DNA of 64,000 bases from Verrucomicrobiales bacterium (GCA_046075565.1 JBJTQJ010000119.1:32001-96000), one strand, 5' to 3'. Positions 38,727-49,442 are shown, numbered from the stretch's first letter. Translations and numbers: made by a program. Notes: generated by a model not told the origin, from the sequence alone.

Positions 38727-40982
38727 ATGAAACCACATTTTCTCCTCTCCTGGTTCGCCCTGTCGCCGCTGCTTTTCGCCGCTCCTGCGGTTTTCCCCGG
38801 AGCCGATGAAACTACCCCCTCCCAGGCGCACTATTTCACTTGGATCAATAATACCAATGAGGGGCCGATGGCCTCGCAGACGGCGGCCAATCTCGACTTC
38901 TTCAAGTGGCTGCACGACGAATACGGGATGACGCTCGATATCTACGCTTTCGACGCCGGAGCGATCGATGCGCCAGAGTATTACGGCTCGACCAAGACGC
39001 GCAAGTTCCAGCAACAATTCCCCGGGGGCTTCGGACCGTTCGCCGAACAAGCCAAGGGCTTTGGTGGACGTCTCGGTGTCTGGCTCGGGCCCGACGGCTT
39101 CGGCAATAAGCCGGAGGAAGAACAAGCCCGCATCGATCTGCTGGCCGGTCTTTGTCGCGACCAGCGTTTCAAACTATTCAAAATGGATGCCGTCTGCGGG
39201 CAGCTCCGCGATGAAAAACAGGATGCCTTCATCCGCCTGATGGAAGCATGCCGGAAACATGCGCCCGACCTCATCGTGCTCAACCACCGGCTGAATCTCG
39301 GCCATGCCACTCCCTACGTGACCACTTTCCTCTGGGAAGGCGCCGAGACCTATATTGACGTCCACATGTCCAATACCATGACCGCCCCGCACAACCGCGC
39401 GAGGGCGCTCGATCGCGGTCTGCCGCCGGAACTCAAACGTCTCGCCGAGGACCATGGTGTTTGTTTATCCTCGTGCCTCGACTACTGGCAGGACGATTTG
39501 ATTCTTCAGGCTTTCAACCGCTCGATGATCCTCGCGCCGCAGCTTTACGGCAGCCCATGGTTCCTGCGCGACGACGAATACCCGCAGCTCGCGCGCATCT
39601 TCAATCTCCACCGCAAATACCGCGATATCCTCACCAAAGGCATTGTTCTCCCCGAGGAAAAATATGGCAAATACGCGGTCTCGCGCGGCGATGACAAAAC
39701 CCGTCTCATCACCCTGCGCAATCTGACGTGGGAGCCGGTCACCTACACGGTGGCGCTAGATGAGAGTATCGGCCTCAAGGACGCCGGGCCTCGCGAGGCC
39801 CGCCTCTTCCACCCGTATGAAGAAGTGCTCGGCACAATGCTGACCGCAAAAGACACGGTGAAGGTCACCGTCCATCCTTTCCGCGCCGCTATGTTGCTCG
39901 TCACCACCGCGGGCTGCGATGAACCGTCATTGCCCAATGGACCTTACCGCGTCGTGAAAAATGTGAAGGGCAAACCGCCAATCATCGAGAAGCTGCAGCC
40001 CATCGCCCTCAAGCAACCCTGGCACCGCAAGCTGGCGGACCTCAAGCCCATCGACCTTCCCGCCGATTGGCAAGGACTCTACGAAGCGACCATGTTCGCC
40101 GCTGATAACAATGCCTTGGAACTCCGCAGCCTCGCCCGGTCCGGCCCGTCAAAAATTCCCGCCGTGCAAAAGGCCCGTCAGGAGTTCCTCGACCAAACCC
40201 TCATGAAAGCGCGTGCTCTCTCCGATCAGTTCCTTTTTGATGGCGATCCTTACACCGTGATGGATGTCTTTGTGCGCAACAAGGACATGCGCATCGCCGA
40301 AGGTTGTCTGCGTCTTGATTTTGCCAAGCCAATCGCCTTCGACCGCTTGGAAATCCACACCCAGGCCCTCGACAGCACCTTGATCAAAAACGAAATGTCG
40401 GGCGCGCAATTCAGCCGCGATTTGGTCAACTGGTCGCCCTCCCAGGAAGCCATCGTGCGTGGCGAAACCCTCACGGTTTTCCCTCCGGCCGGGGATTGGC
40501 GCTACGTGCGCCTGCCCCTCGCTCCGGAACGGGTGGCCGAAGTCGAGGCATGGAAGGGCGATAAAAAACTCCCCCGCGATGGCTGGCGCGCCAGCAACTT
40601 CTTCGCCCACCCGGATGCCGTGCCCGCGGTGCGCGCTTGGTCCACCAAGGTGGCCATTGATGAAATCACCCCGACGTCCTACCTATGTGTCGCCGTCGAA
40701 GGCGAACACGGCATCGAAGGGTGTTACGCCGCCGTGCGCGCGGGCAACCGCCTCATCGGGGCCCCCGAGCGCGCCGCATCCTACCCATCGAATACCTGGG
40801 AGTATCCGGCCAGCGCCCGCAAGACCGGTTACACCTATTTCATCCCGCTTGATGAATCTTTGGTCGGCCAAGAGGTGGAAGTCATTCTGTTGGGCATGAA
40901 AGGCGGAGGAGAAAAGCTCCAGCCCACCGTCTGGCTCACCGCCCGCGACTTGCCTTTCAAAGCGGTCCGCCAGTCGGAGTAG
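38727..40982 (+). CDS. Secreted uncharacterised protein, possible glycoside hydrolase
   Basis: Signal peptide, 751 aa; YFTW, DIYAFDAG, LGVW, LFKMD pattern reminiscent of clan GH-D barrels. Confidence 0.6.
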   Translation: MKPHFLLSWFALSPLLFAAPAVFPGADETTPSQAHYFTWINNTNEGPMASQTAANLDFFKWLHDEYGMTLDIYAFDAGAIDAPEYYGSTKTRKFQQQFPGGFGPFAEQAKGFGGRLGVWLGPDGFGNKPEEEQARIDLLAGLCRDQRFKLFKMDAVCGQLRDEKQDAFIRLMEACRKHAPDLIVLNHRLNLGHATPYVTTFLWEGAETYIDVHMSNTMTAPHNRARALDRGLPPELKRLAEDHGVCLSSCLDYWQDDLILQAFNRSMILAPQLYGSPWFLRDDEYPQLARIFNLHRKYRDILTKGIVLPEEKYGKYAVSRGDDKTRLITLRNLTWEPVTYTVALDESIGLKDAGPREARLFHPYEEVLGTMLTAKDTVKVTVHPFRAAMLLVTTAGCDEPSLPNGPYRVVKNVKGKPPIIEKLQPIALKQPWHRKLADLKPIDLPADWQGLYEATMFAADNNALELRSLARSGPSKIPAVQKARQEFLDQTLMKARALSDQFLFDGDPYTVMDVFVRNKDMRIAEGCLRLDFAKPIAFDRLEIHTQALDSTLIKNEMSGAQFSRDLVNWSPSQEAIVRGETLTVFPPAGDWRYVRLPLAPERVAEVEAWKGDKKLPRDGWRASNFFAHPDAVPAVRAWSTKVAIDEITPTSYLCVAVEGEHGIEGCYAAVRAGNRLIGAPERAASYPSNTWEYPASARKTGYTYFIPLDESLVGQEVEVILLGMKGGGEKLQPTVWLTARDLPFKAVRQSE

Positions 40983-41150
40983 GTTTAGCCGGCCAGCATG
41001 CGCCAGTGCCAGAATGACCCGGGTGCGGCGGAACCAACGCGGTAAGGGGGGTGGAGGCCATGCTGGCAATGGGCGCCGGAGCCGGTCCGATGCAAGGAAA
41101 AGCGGAAACAACTGGTGAAAGAGGGGCGGGCGGGCATCCGATCCCTCCCG

Positions 41151-42629
41151 ATGCGTCTTCTTTTCCTTTTGCTGGGCTTGGCCGCCACAGTTCCCGCTTC
41201 GGCCGCGAAGCCGCCGAATATCGTATTCATCCTCGCTGACGATCTCGGTTACGGCGAACTCGGTTGTTATGGACAAACGAAAATTCCGACGCCGCATCTC
41301 GATCGGATGGCGGCGGAGGGAGCGAGGTTCACCCGGCACTACTCGGGGGCACCGGTTTGTGCTCCCGCGAGATGCACGTTGCTCACCGGTCAACATACCG
41401 GCCATGCCGAGATCCGCGGCAACCGCCAGGCGAACATCGATTTTTCCGCCTTCGATGAGGGGCAATATCCAATCAGCGATGGAGCCATCACCATCGCTGA
41501 AGTGATGAAGAAAGCGGGTTACCAAACCGCAGCCATCGGGAAATGGGGACTCGGGCCGGTCGGCAGCACGGGTGATCCGAATCGCCAGGGCTTTGACCTC
41601 TTTTTTGGCTACAACTGCCAGGCCGTCGCGCATTCCTTTTATCCCGCCCACCTCTGGCGCAACAGCGAGAAGGTTGCGCTCAACACTCCGGCCATTCCCG
41701 GTCACGCCAAACAACCGAAGGGCGAGGTGCGCGCGGAAAAGTGGATTGGTAAACAATACGCACCCGACCTCATGATTGGGGAAGCGGAGTCCTTCATTGC
41801 CCGCCATGGCAAGGAACCTTTTTTCCTCTACCTTGCTTTTATCGAGCCCCATGTGGCCATGCACCCGCCATTGGATCGGCTCGATGGCTTTCCAAAGGAA
41901 TGGGACAAAACACCCTATCGTGGCGAATGCGGATACCTTCCGCACCCGCGACCTCGTGCGGCATATGCTGCCATGATCGCCGATCTTGATCGTCATGTCG
42001 GACGGGTGCGCGTCGCCCTTGAGAAACAAGGGATCCTCGATGATACCTTGATCGTCTTCACCAGCGACAATGGTACCACCCACGAGGGCAAGGATGGAAC
42101 CAACTTCAACATCGGTGGATGTGACGCCGCGTTCTTCAATAGCACCGCCGGGCTGCGCGGCTACAAAGGTTCGGTTTATGAAGGAGGTTTGCGGGTTCCG
42201 TGTATCGCGCGCTGGCCGGGCAGGATCCCCGCTGGATCGCTCGTCGATGTGCCATCGTATTTTCCGGACTGGTTTCCGACCCTTGCCGCGGCGGCCGTGG
42301 GTGTGGAGTCACCTCCCGATCTCGACGGCGTGAATCTTCTGCCGCTGCTCGAGGGAAAAGTTGCTTCCCTCGCTTCCCGACCCTTGCTCTGGGTTTATCC
42401 GGAATACGGTGGTCAGGTGGCGATGCTCCGTGACAACATGAAGGTCCTCCGGCGCGGTCTGCGGGGAAAGAAACCCGGTCCGTGGGAAGTCTATGACCTC
42501 GCGAAAGATTCCGGTGAAAAGAACAACCTCGCGGAGACCATGCCGGACTTGATTCGGACAGCGGAAGATACCCTGAACGCGCAGATGAAGGAAAACCGCC
42601 TGTTCCCGCTAGCGCTTCCCGGGAAGTGA
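41151..42629 (+). CDS. Arylsulfatase (Cys-type S1 sulfatase)
   Basis: PNIVFILADDLG, CAPARCTLLTG, GKWGLG, SDNG, KGSVYEGG. Confidence 0.95.
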   Translation: MRLLFLLLGLAATVPASAAKPPNIVFILADDLGYGELGCYGQTKIPTPHLDRMAAEGARFTRHYSGAPVCAPARCTLLTGQHTGHAEIRGNRQANIDFSAFDEGQYPISDGAITIAEVMKKAGYQTAAIGKWGLGPVGSTGDPNRQGFDLFFGYNCQAVAHSFYPAHLWRNSEKVALNTPAIPGHAKQPKGEVRAEKWIGKQYAPDLMIGEAESFIARHGKEPFFLYLAFIEPHVAMHPPLDRLDGFPKEWDKTPYRGECGYLPHPRPRAAYAAMIADLDRHVGRVRVALEKQGILDDTLIVFTSDNGTTHEGKDGTNFNIGGCDAAFFNSTAGLRGYKGSVYEGGLRVPCIARWPGRIPAGSLVDVPSYFPDWFPTLAAAAVGVESPPDLDGVNLLPLLEGKVASLASRPLLWVYPEYGGQVAMLRDNMKVLRRGLRGKKPGPWEVYDLAKDSGEKNNLAETMPDLIRTAEDTLNAQMKENRLFPLALPGK

Positions 42630-42685
42630 TCGGGTAGGAGCAACGGCGACAGGCGGCACCTCTCGTCTGGTGGCTCAGGGAATAT

Positions 42686-42925
42686 TCACTGCTTCTGACT
42701 TGTGGACGGCTCTTCCGATGAGCGCTCGGCGACTTGCAGGCGCTTGCAGTTGGCACTCACCGCCAGGGCGAAGGCGGCTGCAAAGAATCCGACAAGGCTA
42801 CTGCCGATGAGTTTCGCGACCAGCGGATTCCAGTCCTCCGCCCAGATGGCAACGAGGCTGAGCAGGACACATAGCCCAAGGCAGATGTAGAAGATGCGAT
42901 AGAGGAGGCGATTGGCTTTGCTCAT
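42686..42925 (-). CDS. Small 2-TM hypothetical protein
   Basis: 79 aa with two hydrophobic helices. Confidence 0.55.
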   Translation of the reverse strand: MSKANRLLYRIFYICLGLCVLLSLVAIWAEDWNPLVAKLIGSSLVGFFAAAFALAVSANCKRLQVAERSSEEPSTSQKQ

Positions 42926-43077
42926 ACGATGGCGTGGGTTGACGGCACAAAAGGCAGCCGATGCTCATCCCAACGTCGTGCTATTTTAGTGCGAATCAAC
43001 TATCTACACACTTCCCAATAACTGCAGATTCTGCTGTTCGGTCCTGGGCGCGTTGGATCTCGGCGTTCCGCAACTCC

Positions 43078-44442
43078 TCACGTCCGGACCAGCGCCACAA
43101 GCTGCTTCCTCACTTCATCTACCACCGGGCTCCACTCCCTTGGCTGTGTCTGGCGGAAGAGCTTCATGCCCGGATACCAGGGGCTATCGGACCGGTTGAG
43201 CATCCATCGCCAGTCGGGGACGCTCGGCAACAATACCCAGACGGGCTTGGCCATGGCACCCGCGAGGTGCGCGACCGCCGTGTCCACGGTGATCACCAAG
43301 TCGAGATTGGCAATGAGCGCCGCCGTATCGGAGAAATCCTTCAGTTGTTTGGAGAAATCGATCGGGTTGAATCCGCCCGGCGAGGATTTCGATTCGGTGG
43401 TGCCGGGACCTTTCTGAAGTGAAAAAAGGCGCACCCCGTGAACCTTGGCTAGCGGGTCAAGGTTCGCGAGTTTGATGCTGCGGTTGCGATCATTTGTGTG
43501 GGTGGGTCGCCCGGCCCACGCGAGACCCACCTTGAGATGCGGGGAATATTTTTCCAGACGTGACCGCCAACCCGCCACGGTTTTCGGCGCCGCGGTTAGA
43601 TACGGGATATGGCACGGGATGTTCTTTTCGTCCGTGGCAAAGAGCCGTGGCAAGCTCAGAAACGGACAATGCACGTCAAAAGCGGGCAGAGGTTCACCCT
43701 TTGTTAGCACGGGAATATCCCGATCCATCGAATGGAAAAGCCCGAGAAGTTCCTTCTCACATTCGATGATCACGCGTCCCCCGCGCCGGAGCACGAGGGG
43801 AACATAACGGACGAACTGGATGGCATCCCCGAATCCCTGCTCCGTATGCAGAAGGATGGTGCGCCCCTGCAGTGGACCGCCCTCCCACTGGGGCTGCGGG
43901 AAGCCGCGTGGTCGGGAGGTGAAATCGTCACAATGCCATCGCCACTCGTATTCATGCCATCCCTCGTGGAAACGGCCCAGGAGGAGATGGACCAACGAAC
44001 TGTCTCCGTGGGCTTCCGCGAAGTGCGGTCGAAGTTTGATGGCCCGGCGGTAGGAGACGAGGGCCTCGTCGAATCGCCCCTGTTCGCGCAGGACCCTGCC
44101 AAGGCAGAAATGCGCCTCGGCCTGCGAAGGAGCGAGGGCGATGGCCTGCCGATGGGCGGCCTCGGCTTCGTCCAAACGGTCCAGTTTCCACAACACGATC
44201 CCCAACTGGCCATAAGAGGCGGCATGCATGGGTCGGAAAGCGATCGCCTGCCGGAGCAGGGATTCACCGTCCTCATGCCGGCCTGTCTGGCAGGCAATCG
44301 CCCCCAGAAGCTCGAGAGCATCCGGATGCCGGGAATCGACGGTAAGAATCTGTCGGCAGAGCCCCTCGGCCTCATTCAAGCGACCCGCCTGCCGATGCTG
44401 GGAGGCCAGATCGAAGGCCTGCTGGAGGGTTACTTCGGGCAT
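43078..44442 (-). CDS. TPR-repeat protein with GT9-like glycosyltransferase domain
   Basis: N-terminal TPRs; EQGFGDAIQFVRY, DLVITVDTAVAHLAGA, DSPWYP. Confidence 0.88.
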   Translation of the reverse strand: MPEVTLQQAFDLASQHRQAGRLNEAEGLCRQILTVDSRHPDALELLGAIACQTGRHEDGESLLRQAIAFRPMHAASYGQLGIVLWKLDRLDEAEAAHRQAIALAPSQAEAHFCLGRVLREQGRFDEALVSYRRAIKLRPHFAEAHGDSSLVHLLLGRFHEGWHEYEWRWHCDDFTSRPRGFPQPQWEGGPLQGRTILLHTEQGFGDAIQFVRYVPLVLRRGGRVIIECEKELLGLFHSMDRDIPVLTKGEPLPAFDVHCPFLSLPRLFATDEKNIPCHIPYLTAAPKTVAGWRSRLEKYSPHLKVGLAWAGRPTHTNDRNRSIKLANLDPLAKVHGVRLFSLQKGPGTTESKSSPGGFNPIDFSKQLKDFSDTAALIANLDLVITVDTAVAHLAGAMAKPVWVLLPSVPDWRWMLNRSDSPWYPGMKLFRQTQPREWSPVVDEVRKQLVALVRT

Positions 44443-44632
44443 GGCTGGATTGTAGGTGCCCCGATCTTCTCCGCAACACCGATTGATGTCGGAATCGCAA
44501 AATCCCAGGCGTGCGCTGCGGTAAGGCGCGTCGTGATCCGAGGGAAGGGTGTGTCGTCCTCTCCAGATCAGGCGAATGATTGAGGCGAAGCCTTCCTGTC
44601 CGGATTCTCTAAAAATCCGATTTTACTCTTGT

Positions 44633-44651
44633 AATGAGACCCAGTCGCATT
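44633..44651. promoter_or_regulatory. Fur-box-like palindrome
   Basis: AATGAGAC-CCA-GTCGCATT (19 bp, one mismatch), 15 nt before the TonB receptor ATG. Confidence 0.6.
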
Positions 44652-44666
44652 TAGTGTCGGGATTCC

Positions 44667-46940
44667 ATGACCGACAGCAACACCAACACACTCGCAACGA
44701 ACCGTAGATCCTTCCGATTGGTCCTGGCCGCGCTGGCCGGACTAGGCGGGATTTCCCAAGCCCAGACCGCAAATCCGACGGCGGCGGCAGCCCCGCCTGC
44801 GTGGGAAATCTTGCCGGCGGTGACGGTGATTGGTTCGGCGGAGGCGGTGCGCGACTTGGCGGGTGCCGGGGCCTATCTCGACCGGACCATCCTCGACGAG
44901 CAGAACTACACGAATCCGAACCGGGTGCTCGCCCGCGTTCCGGGGGTTTATCTGCGGGAAGAGGACGGAAACGGGAATTTTCCCAACGTTTCGTTGCGCG
45001 GGGTGGATTCCTCACGTTCCTCGAAAGTAACGTTGATGGAAGACGGGATCCTCACGGCACCCGCTCCTTACAGCGCGCCGGCGGCCTATTATTTCCCGAA
45101 GATCGCCCGGATGAACGCGGTCGAAGTGCTCAAGGGATCCAGCCAGGTGCGTTATGGTCCGCATTCCACCGGCGGGGTGATCAATTTTGTCTCCACACCG
45201 ATACCGGAGACGACCGCCGGCATGGCGAAGCTGACCTACGGTAGCGATAACACGTGGCTCGGGCATTTCCATCACGGGGATGTGGTCGAAACCAAAGCGG
45301 GGAAGATCGGCTGGGTTTTGGAACTCTTCGGCCAGACCAGCGAGGGCTTCCGCACCATTGAAGACGGCACCGGATATGCCGGTTCCAACGAAACCGGATT
45401 CCAGACCATCGAGCCGATGCTGAAACTTTCTTGGGAACCGGCCGGCGGTCCCCCGCAGCGCTTCGAATTCAAGATCGGCTATAGCGACTTCGAGGCCGAT
45501 GAAACCTATCTCGGATTGACCGAGAGCGATGTGCGGTCGCGTCCTTACATCCGCTATGCCGCAACCCGTTTCGACAACATCGAGAGCGAACATTTCCGTT
45601 CCTACCTGCGGCACCGCATCGAGGTGAGTGACAACGTGCGTTTCGATAGTGCAATCTACTACAATCGCTTCGAGCGGGATTGGTTCAAACTCGACAGCAT
45701 CACCCGTCCGGATGGGAAAAAAATGGGGCTATCCACCGCGCTCATGAACCCGGGCGACGTGGCCATTCTGCGTGGACGTGCGGGCGGCAATTTGAACGTG
45801 CGCCACAACGATCGTGTTTACGAAAGCTACGGCGCACAAACGACTTCGACCATCACCTTCAATACGGGCAAACTCGAGCACTCGCTCGACCTCGGCTTGC
45901 GCTTGCATTTCGACTCCCATTCCCGGGATCAGTTCGACGAAATTTTCACCCAGGATGGGAGCGGGCGCATCGTCAAGAAGGGGCGCACGGCCGCCCACAG
46001 CGCGGGCTGGCGCGACGAGGAGGCGACCGCTTTGGCTTTGTTCGCCGAGGACAGCATCCGTGTCGGTAATTTCACCTTCAAGCCGGGCCTCCGTTATGAG
46101 CGCATCGACTATTCACTCAATGATCTGGCCGCCGGAGATTCGGGCGACAAATCACTGGACGTCTTCGCTCCGGGTATTGGCGCCACTTGGGATGCGATGA
46201 ATGATTTGACCCTATTCGGTGGTGTCTACCGTGGATTCTCGGTGCCGGATCCTTTGGGTTTCGTGCGAGACGGACTTACGGAGGAAACATCCACCGGATA
46301 CGAGTTGGGCGCGCGCTGGTCGAATGATGCGGCGGCTTTTGGCATCGAGTTGGTCGGCTTTTATACCAAGTTCGACGACCTGCTGGTGATCAACAACATC
46401 GGGGGTACCGGAACAGGAGTCTCCGAGAACGTGGGGGAAGTGGAGAGCGCCGGCTTCGAGTTCGCAGTCTCCTGGGATCCGCTAGCCGCGCAAGGTGCCG
46501 CCGTTACGTTGCCCCTGCATCTCGGTGTCACTTACACCGACGCGACCCTCGCTTCCGATGCCGCCTCCAGCGACGCGGCTTCGATTTTCTCCAATGCGAA
46601 GTCGGGCAATCGCCTGCCCTACATCCCCGAATGGGCGCTCAGCGCGGGCGTCGGACTCCGCGGGGAAAAATGGGGAGTGAATCTCGACATGTCGTATGTC
46701 TCCGAGACATTCACCTCGGCCGGAAATGTCGATGCGCCCACTACCGACGCGCGTTTCGGCAAAACCGACGAGGCGTTCATTTTCGACCTTTCCGCCCACT
46801 ACAAGATCCGGGAAAACATGCGGATCATCGGCGGGGTGAGCAACCTGTTTGAAGAGGAATACGTGAGCAGCCGCTTGCCGCAAGGCCCGCGCACGGGGGC
46901 ACCCCGCCAGTTCCATGTCGGTGTCGAGTGCACCTGGTAA
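44667..46940 (+). CDS. TonB-dependent receptor, FecA-like
   Basis: TonB box AVTVIG, plug VPGV..EEDG.G..PN.SLRG, EVLKG..RYGP..GGVIN, terminal aromatic residue. Confidence 0.92.
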   Translation: MTDSNTNTLATNRRSFRLVLAALAGLGGISQAQTANPTAAAAPPAWEILPAVTVIGSAEAVRDLAGAGAYLDRTILDEQNYTNPNRVLARVPGVYLREEDGNGNFPNVSLRGVDSSRSSKVTLMEDGILTAPAPYSAPAAYYFPKIARMNAVEVLKGSSQVRYGPHSTGGVINFVSTPIPETTAGMAKLTYGSDNTWLGHFHHGDVVETKAGKIGWVLELFGQTSEGFRTIEDGTGYAGSNETGFQTIEPMLKLSWEPAGGPPQRFEFKIGYSDFEADETYLGLTESDVRSRPYIRYAATRFDNIESEHFRSYLRHRIEVSDNVRFDSAIYYNRFERDWFKLDSITRPDGKKMGLSTALMNPGDVAILRGRAGGNLNVRHNDRVYESYGAQTTSTITFNTGKLEHSLDLGLRLHFDSHSRDQFDEIFTQDGSGRIVKKGRTAAHSAGWRDEEATALALFAEDSIRVGNFTFKPGLRYERIDYSLNDLAAGDSGDKSLDVFAPGIGATWDAMNDLTLFGGVYRGFSVPDPLGFVRDGLTEETSTGYELGARWSNDAAAFGIELVGFYTKFDDLLVINNIGGTGTGVSENVGEVESAGFEFAVSWDPLAAQGAAVTLPLHLGVTYTDATLASDAASSDAASIFSNAKSGNRLPYIPEWALSAGVGLRGEKWGVNLDMSYVSETFTSAGNVDAPTTDARFGKTDEAFIFDLSAHYKIRENMRIIGGVSNLFEEEYVSSRLPQGPRTGAPRQFHVGVECTW

Positions 46941-47003
46941 GCCACCCTCATTCCGCCTTGCGACATCGCTGGTCGGGGCGATGTTTACCGTCCCCTCGAA
47001 TCC

Positions 47004-47816
47004 ATGAGACCAACCCACCAGCCGACGGTCGATTCCGTTGCGCCTGCCCTGCGGGCATCCCCGCAGGAGGGTGGTCCTTGGGCGCACGGTAGCGAGTGGT
47101 TTGCCCGTCTGATTGGATTCCAGTTGCTGGTTGTGGCATTTGCCTTGGCAGGCTCGTGGTCACGTGCGCTCCATTCGCCGCTCATTCCAGCCGTGGCGTC
47201 GGATGAGGTGCCGGTTATCGATTTTCCGGTGGAACAAGTCGGAATCGGTCCGCTCAGCAACGATACCACCGCCCAGATTTCCGAAACTGTCGAGACTCCG
47301 GCGGAACCAATGGTGCCCGAGCTGGTCGAAGCCGCACCACTGGAGTCCCAGCCCGCGGAGTCGCCGGTGCCCGAACTGGTCGAAGCCCTGCCCGCGCCCG
47401 CGGAAAGGCCCGCTGCCGTGGTTGAGGAGCCGAGGGAACGCCCGCGCCCGGTCGTCAACACGGCATCCAATACCCGGCCTACGGCGCCCGCAAATCCGGT
47501 TGCCCGGACATCTCCACCGACCACCGATGGAGGCACCGGCACCGCTTCGTCACCGATGCTTCTCGGCGCGATTGGCTCGGGGCGGTTCCCCTTGCCCCCG
47601 TATCCAGCGGAGGCACGTCGCCGGGGGATCGAAGGAAAAGTGATGCTGCTTGTTGAGGTGTCGGCGAGCGGAAGACCCGGTGTTCCGCGCATCGAATCGA
47701 CCAGTGGTTCTTCTTCGCTTGATCGGGCGGCGCTGGATTGGATCCGCGCCCGTTGGCGATGGGATCCGGGACCGGTCCGTTACTATCGCATCCCCATTTC
47801 TTATCAGATACGATGA
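47004..47816 (+). CDS. tonB: Energy transducer TonB
   Basis: TM anchor, Pro/Glu-rich linker, PPYPAEARRRGIEGKV..SGSSSLDRAAL. Confidence 0.88.
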   Translation: MRPTHQPTVDSVAPALRASPQEGGPWAHGSEWFARLIGFQLLVVAFALAGSWSRALHSPLIPAVASDEVPVIDFPVEQVGIGPLSNDTTAQISETVETPAEPMVPELVEAAPLESQPAESPVPELVEALPAPAERPAAVVEEPRERPRPVVNTASNTRPTAPANPVARTSPPTTDGGTGTASSPMLLGAIGSGRFPLPPYPAEARRRGIEGKVMLLVEVSASGRPGVPRIESTSGSSSLDRAALDWIRARWRWDPGPVRYYRIPISYQIR

Positions 47817-48457
47817 ATCCGATTTTCGCGCATGTTATGTTGGACCTCTTCCGCGATGGCGGCCCGATCATGTGGCCCATCGCGGTCGTCATGGTTTTCG
47901 CCGTAGCCATGGTGGCTGAACGGGTGCTCTGGTGGCTGGGAGCCGCCGCCTCCCGCCAGCCGAAGGAAGTGGAAAAATGCTTCGCCGCCGTGGAAACCGG
48001 TCGTCTCGAGGAGGCCGAACGTATCGCCGCCGAAGGTCGTGATCCTGTTTTGCGTGTGATGTCCGAAGGGCTTGCCCACCGCGAGGGGGCATTCCATGGC
48101 GCCTTGCAGTCGGCGGCCAGCCGCGAGCTGCGAGCAGGAGCACGGTTTCTAACAGGACTCGATACAATCATTACCCTCGGTCCGCTGCTCGGGCTTCTCG
48201 GCACCGTCACGGGGATCATGGCGAGCTTTACTTCCATGGGTGACGCCGAACTTGCCATCGACAAGGTCACCGGCGGCATCGGCGAGGCGCTCATCGCAAC
48301 CGCCTTCGGATTGGGCATCGCCATTTTCACCCTCATTCCATACAATTGGTGTCATTCGCGCCTGACGCGACTGCAGCAGGATTTGGAAATGGCGGCTAAC
48401 AACCTCGAAGTTCTTCTCACAGCGCGGGGATTCCGGCCCGGTCCGGGAGTCGGCTGA
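47813..48457 (+). CDS. exbB: MotA/TolQ/ExbB proton channel protein
   Basis: GGPIMWPI, PLLGLLGTVTGI, GIGEALIATAFGL. Confidence 0.92.
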   Translation: MNPIFAHVMLDLFRDGGPIMWPIAVVMVFAVAMVAERVLWWLGAAASRQPKEVEKCFAAVETGRLEEAERIAAEGRDPVLRVMSEGLAHREGAFHGALQSAASRELRAGARFLTGLDTIITLGPLLGLLGTVTGIMASFTSMGDAELAIDKVTGGIGEALIATAFGLGIAIFTLIPYNWCHSRLTRLQQDLEMAANNLEVLLTARGFRPGPGVG

Positions 48458-48486
48458 GCCGGGTTCATTCCAAGCCAATCGAGGCC

Positions 48487-48936
48487 ATGAAGTTTCCCAG
48501 TCCCATTCCCGGCAAACGCGCGCGGCTCGAGATCATCCCGTTGATCGACATCATGTTTTTCCTGCTGGCCGCATTCGTGTTGGTCAGCCTGACCATGGTG
48601 AAACAGCTGACCATCAAAGTGGACCTGCCGGCGGTCGCCGAGGCCTTGCGCGACTCGAGCCGCGTCGAACCTTTTTCCATCGGTGTGGACGCCGAGGGCA
48701 ACATCCATGCGGGCGAGGAATTGGTCGATCTCGAAACCCTGCGCACGAAGCTGACCGAACGCCTCGCCGCCGATAAGGAAACCCAGGTCATCATCAGCGG
48801 TGATGTCCGGGTCACGCATGGTGCGATGATCGGGGTGCTGGAATTCGTGCGCTCCTGCGGTGTGAACAAAGTCGCCTTTGCCGTCCGCGCCCGCGCGGGT
48901 GGCGAACCGGTGCCCATGGAGGGAGGAACGCCGTGA
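48487..48936 (+). CDS. exbD: Biopolymer transporter ExbD
   Basis: EIIPLIDIMFFLL, VDLP, ISGD..HG. Confidence 0.92.
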   Translation: MKFPSPIPGKRARLEIIPLIDIMFFLLAAFVLVSLTMVKQLTIKVDLPAVAEALRDSSRVEPFSIGVDAEGNIHAGEELVDLETLRTKLTERLAADKETQVIISGDVRVTHGAMIGVLEFVRSCGVNKVAFAVRARAGGEPVPMEGGTP

Positions 48937-49442
48937 GCAAGCGCCCTTGGATCCTCGCGCCGTGGTTTCTGCCCTCTGTATCGGCTGTGCTCACCTTCGG
49001 GCTGGCCGCGTTGTGCTTCTGGCAATGGCAGAAGGAGTCCGGTTTGAACAACGAGCTTCGGCAAACCAAGGACGCGCTGGCCCGCGCTGAAGCACGGGCG
49101 AACGCCGAGACGACGAGGGCCGATGCGGCGACAGCGCGCCAACTGGAAGCACTCGCTCGCGCCGAGGATATGACGCGGGTCTGGTCGGCGGAACGCGGTG
49201 AGTTGGAAAGACTGCGCCGGATCGCTGCGGAACGCGACGCCCTCGCCGCCGCGTTCGAAGAGGCCAAGGCACGCATTCGCCTGGCGAACGAAAACATCAA
49301 TAAGGCGAACATCGGCGCCCGCGCGTCCGCCGAAAGTATCACACGTCTTACCGCCGAACGGGACGATCTCGCCCGCCGGCTGAACGAACGCACCGAGGCC
49401 TACAACGCCCTTGTGAAACGTGTCGAAGCCGGCGAGCGATGA
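48933..49442 (+). CDS. Membrane-anchored coiled-coil hypothetical protein
   Basis: GTGA overlap with exbD; N-terminal TM, then an Ala/Glu/Arg-rich helical region. Confidence 0.75.
   Translation: MSKRPWILAPWFLPSVSAVLTFGLAALCFWQWQKESGLNNELRQTKDALARAEARANAETTRADAATARQLEALARAEDMTRVWSAERGELERLRRIAAERDALAAAFEEAKARIRLANENINKANIGARASAESITRLTAERDDLARRLNERTEAYNALVKRVEAGER

Noticed and set aside
42686..42980. Small gene preceded by GTTGGGA on the minus strand as a possible integron cassette
   Set aside because: No RYYYAAC or attC hairpin after the stop, and no integrase in the window.
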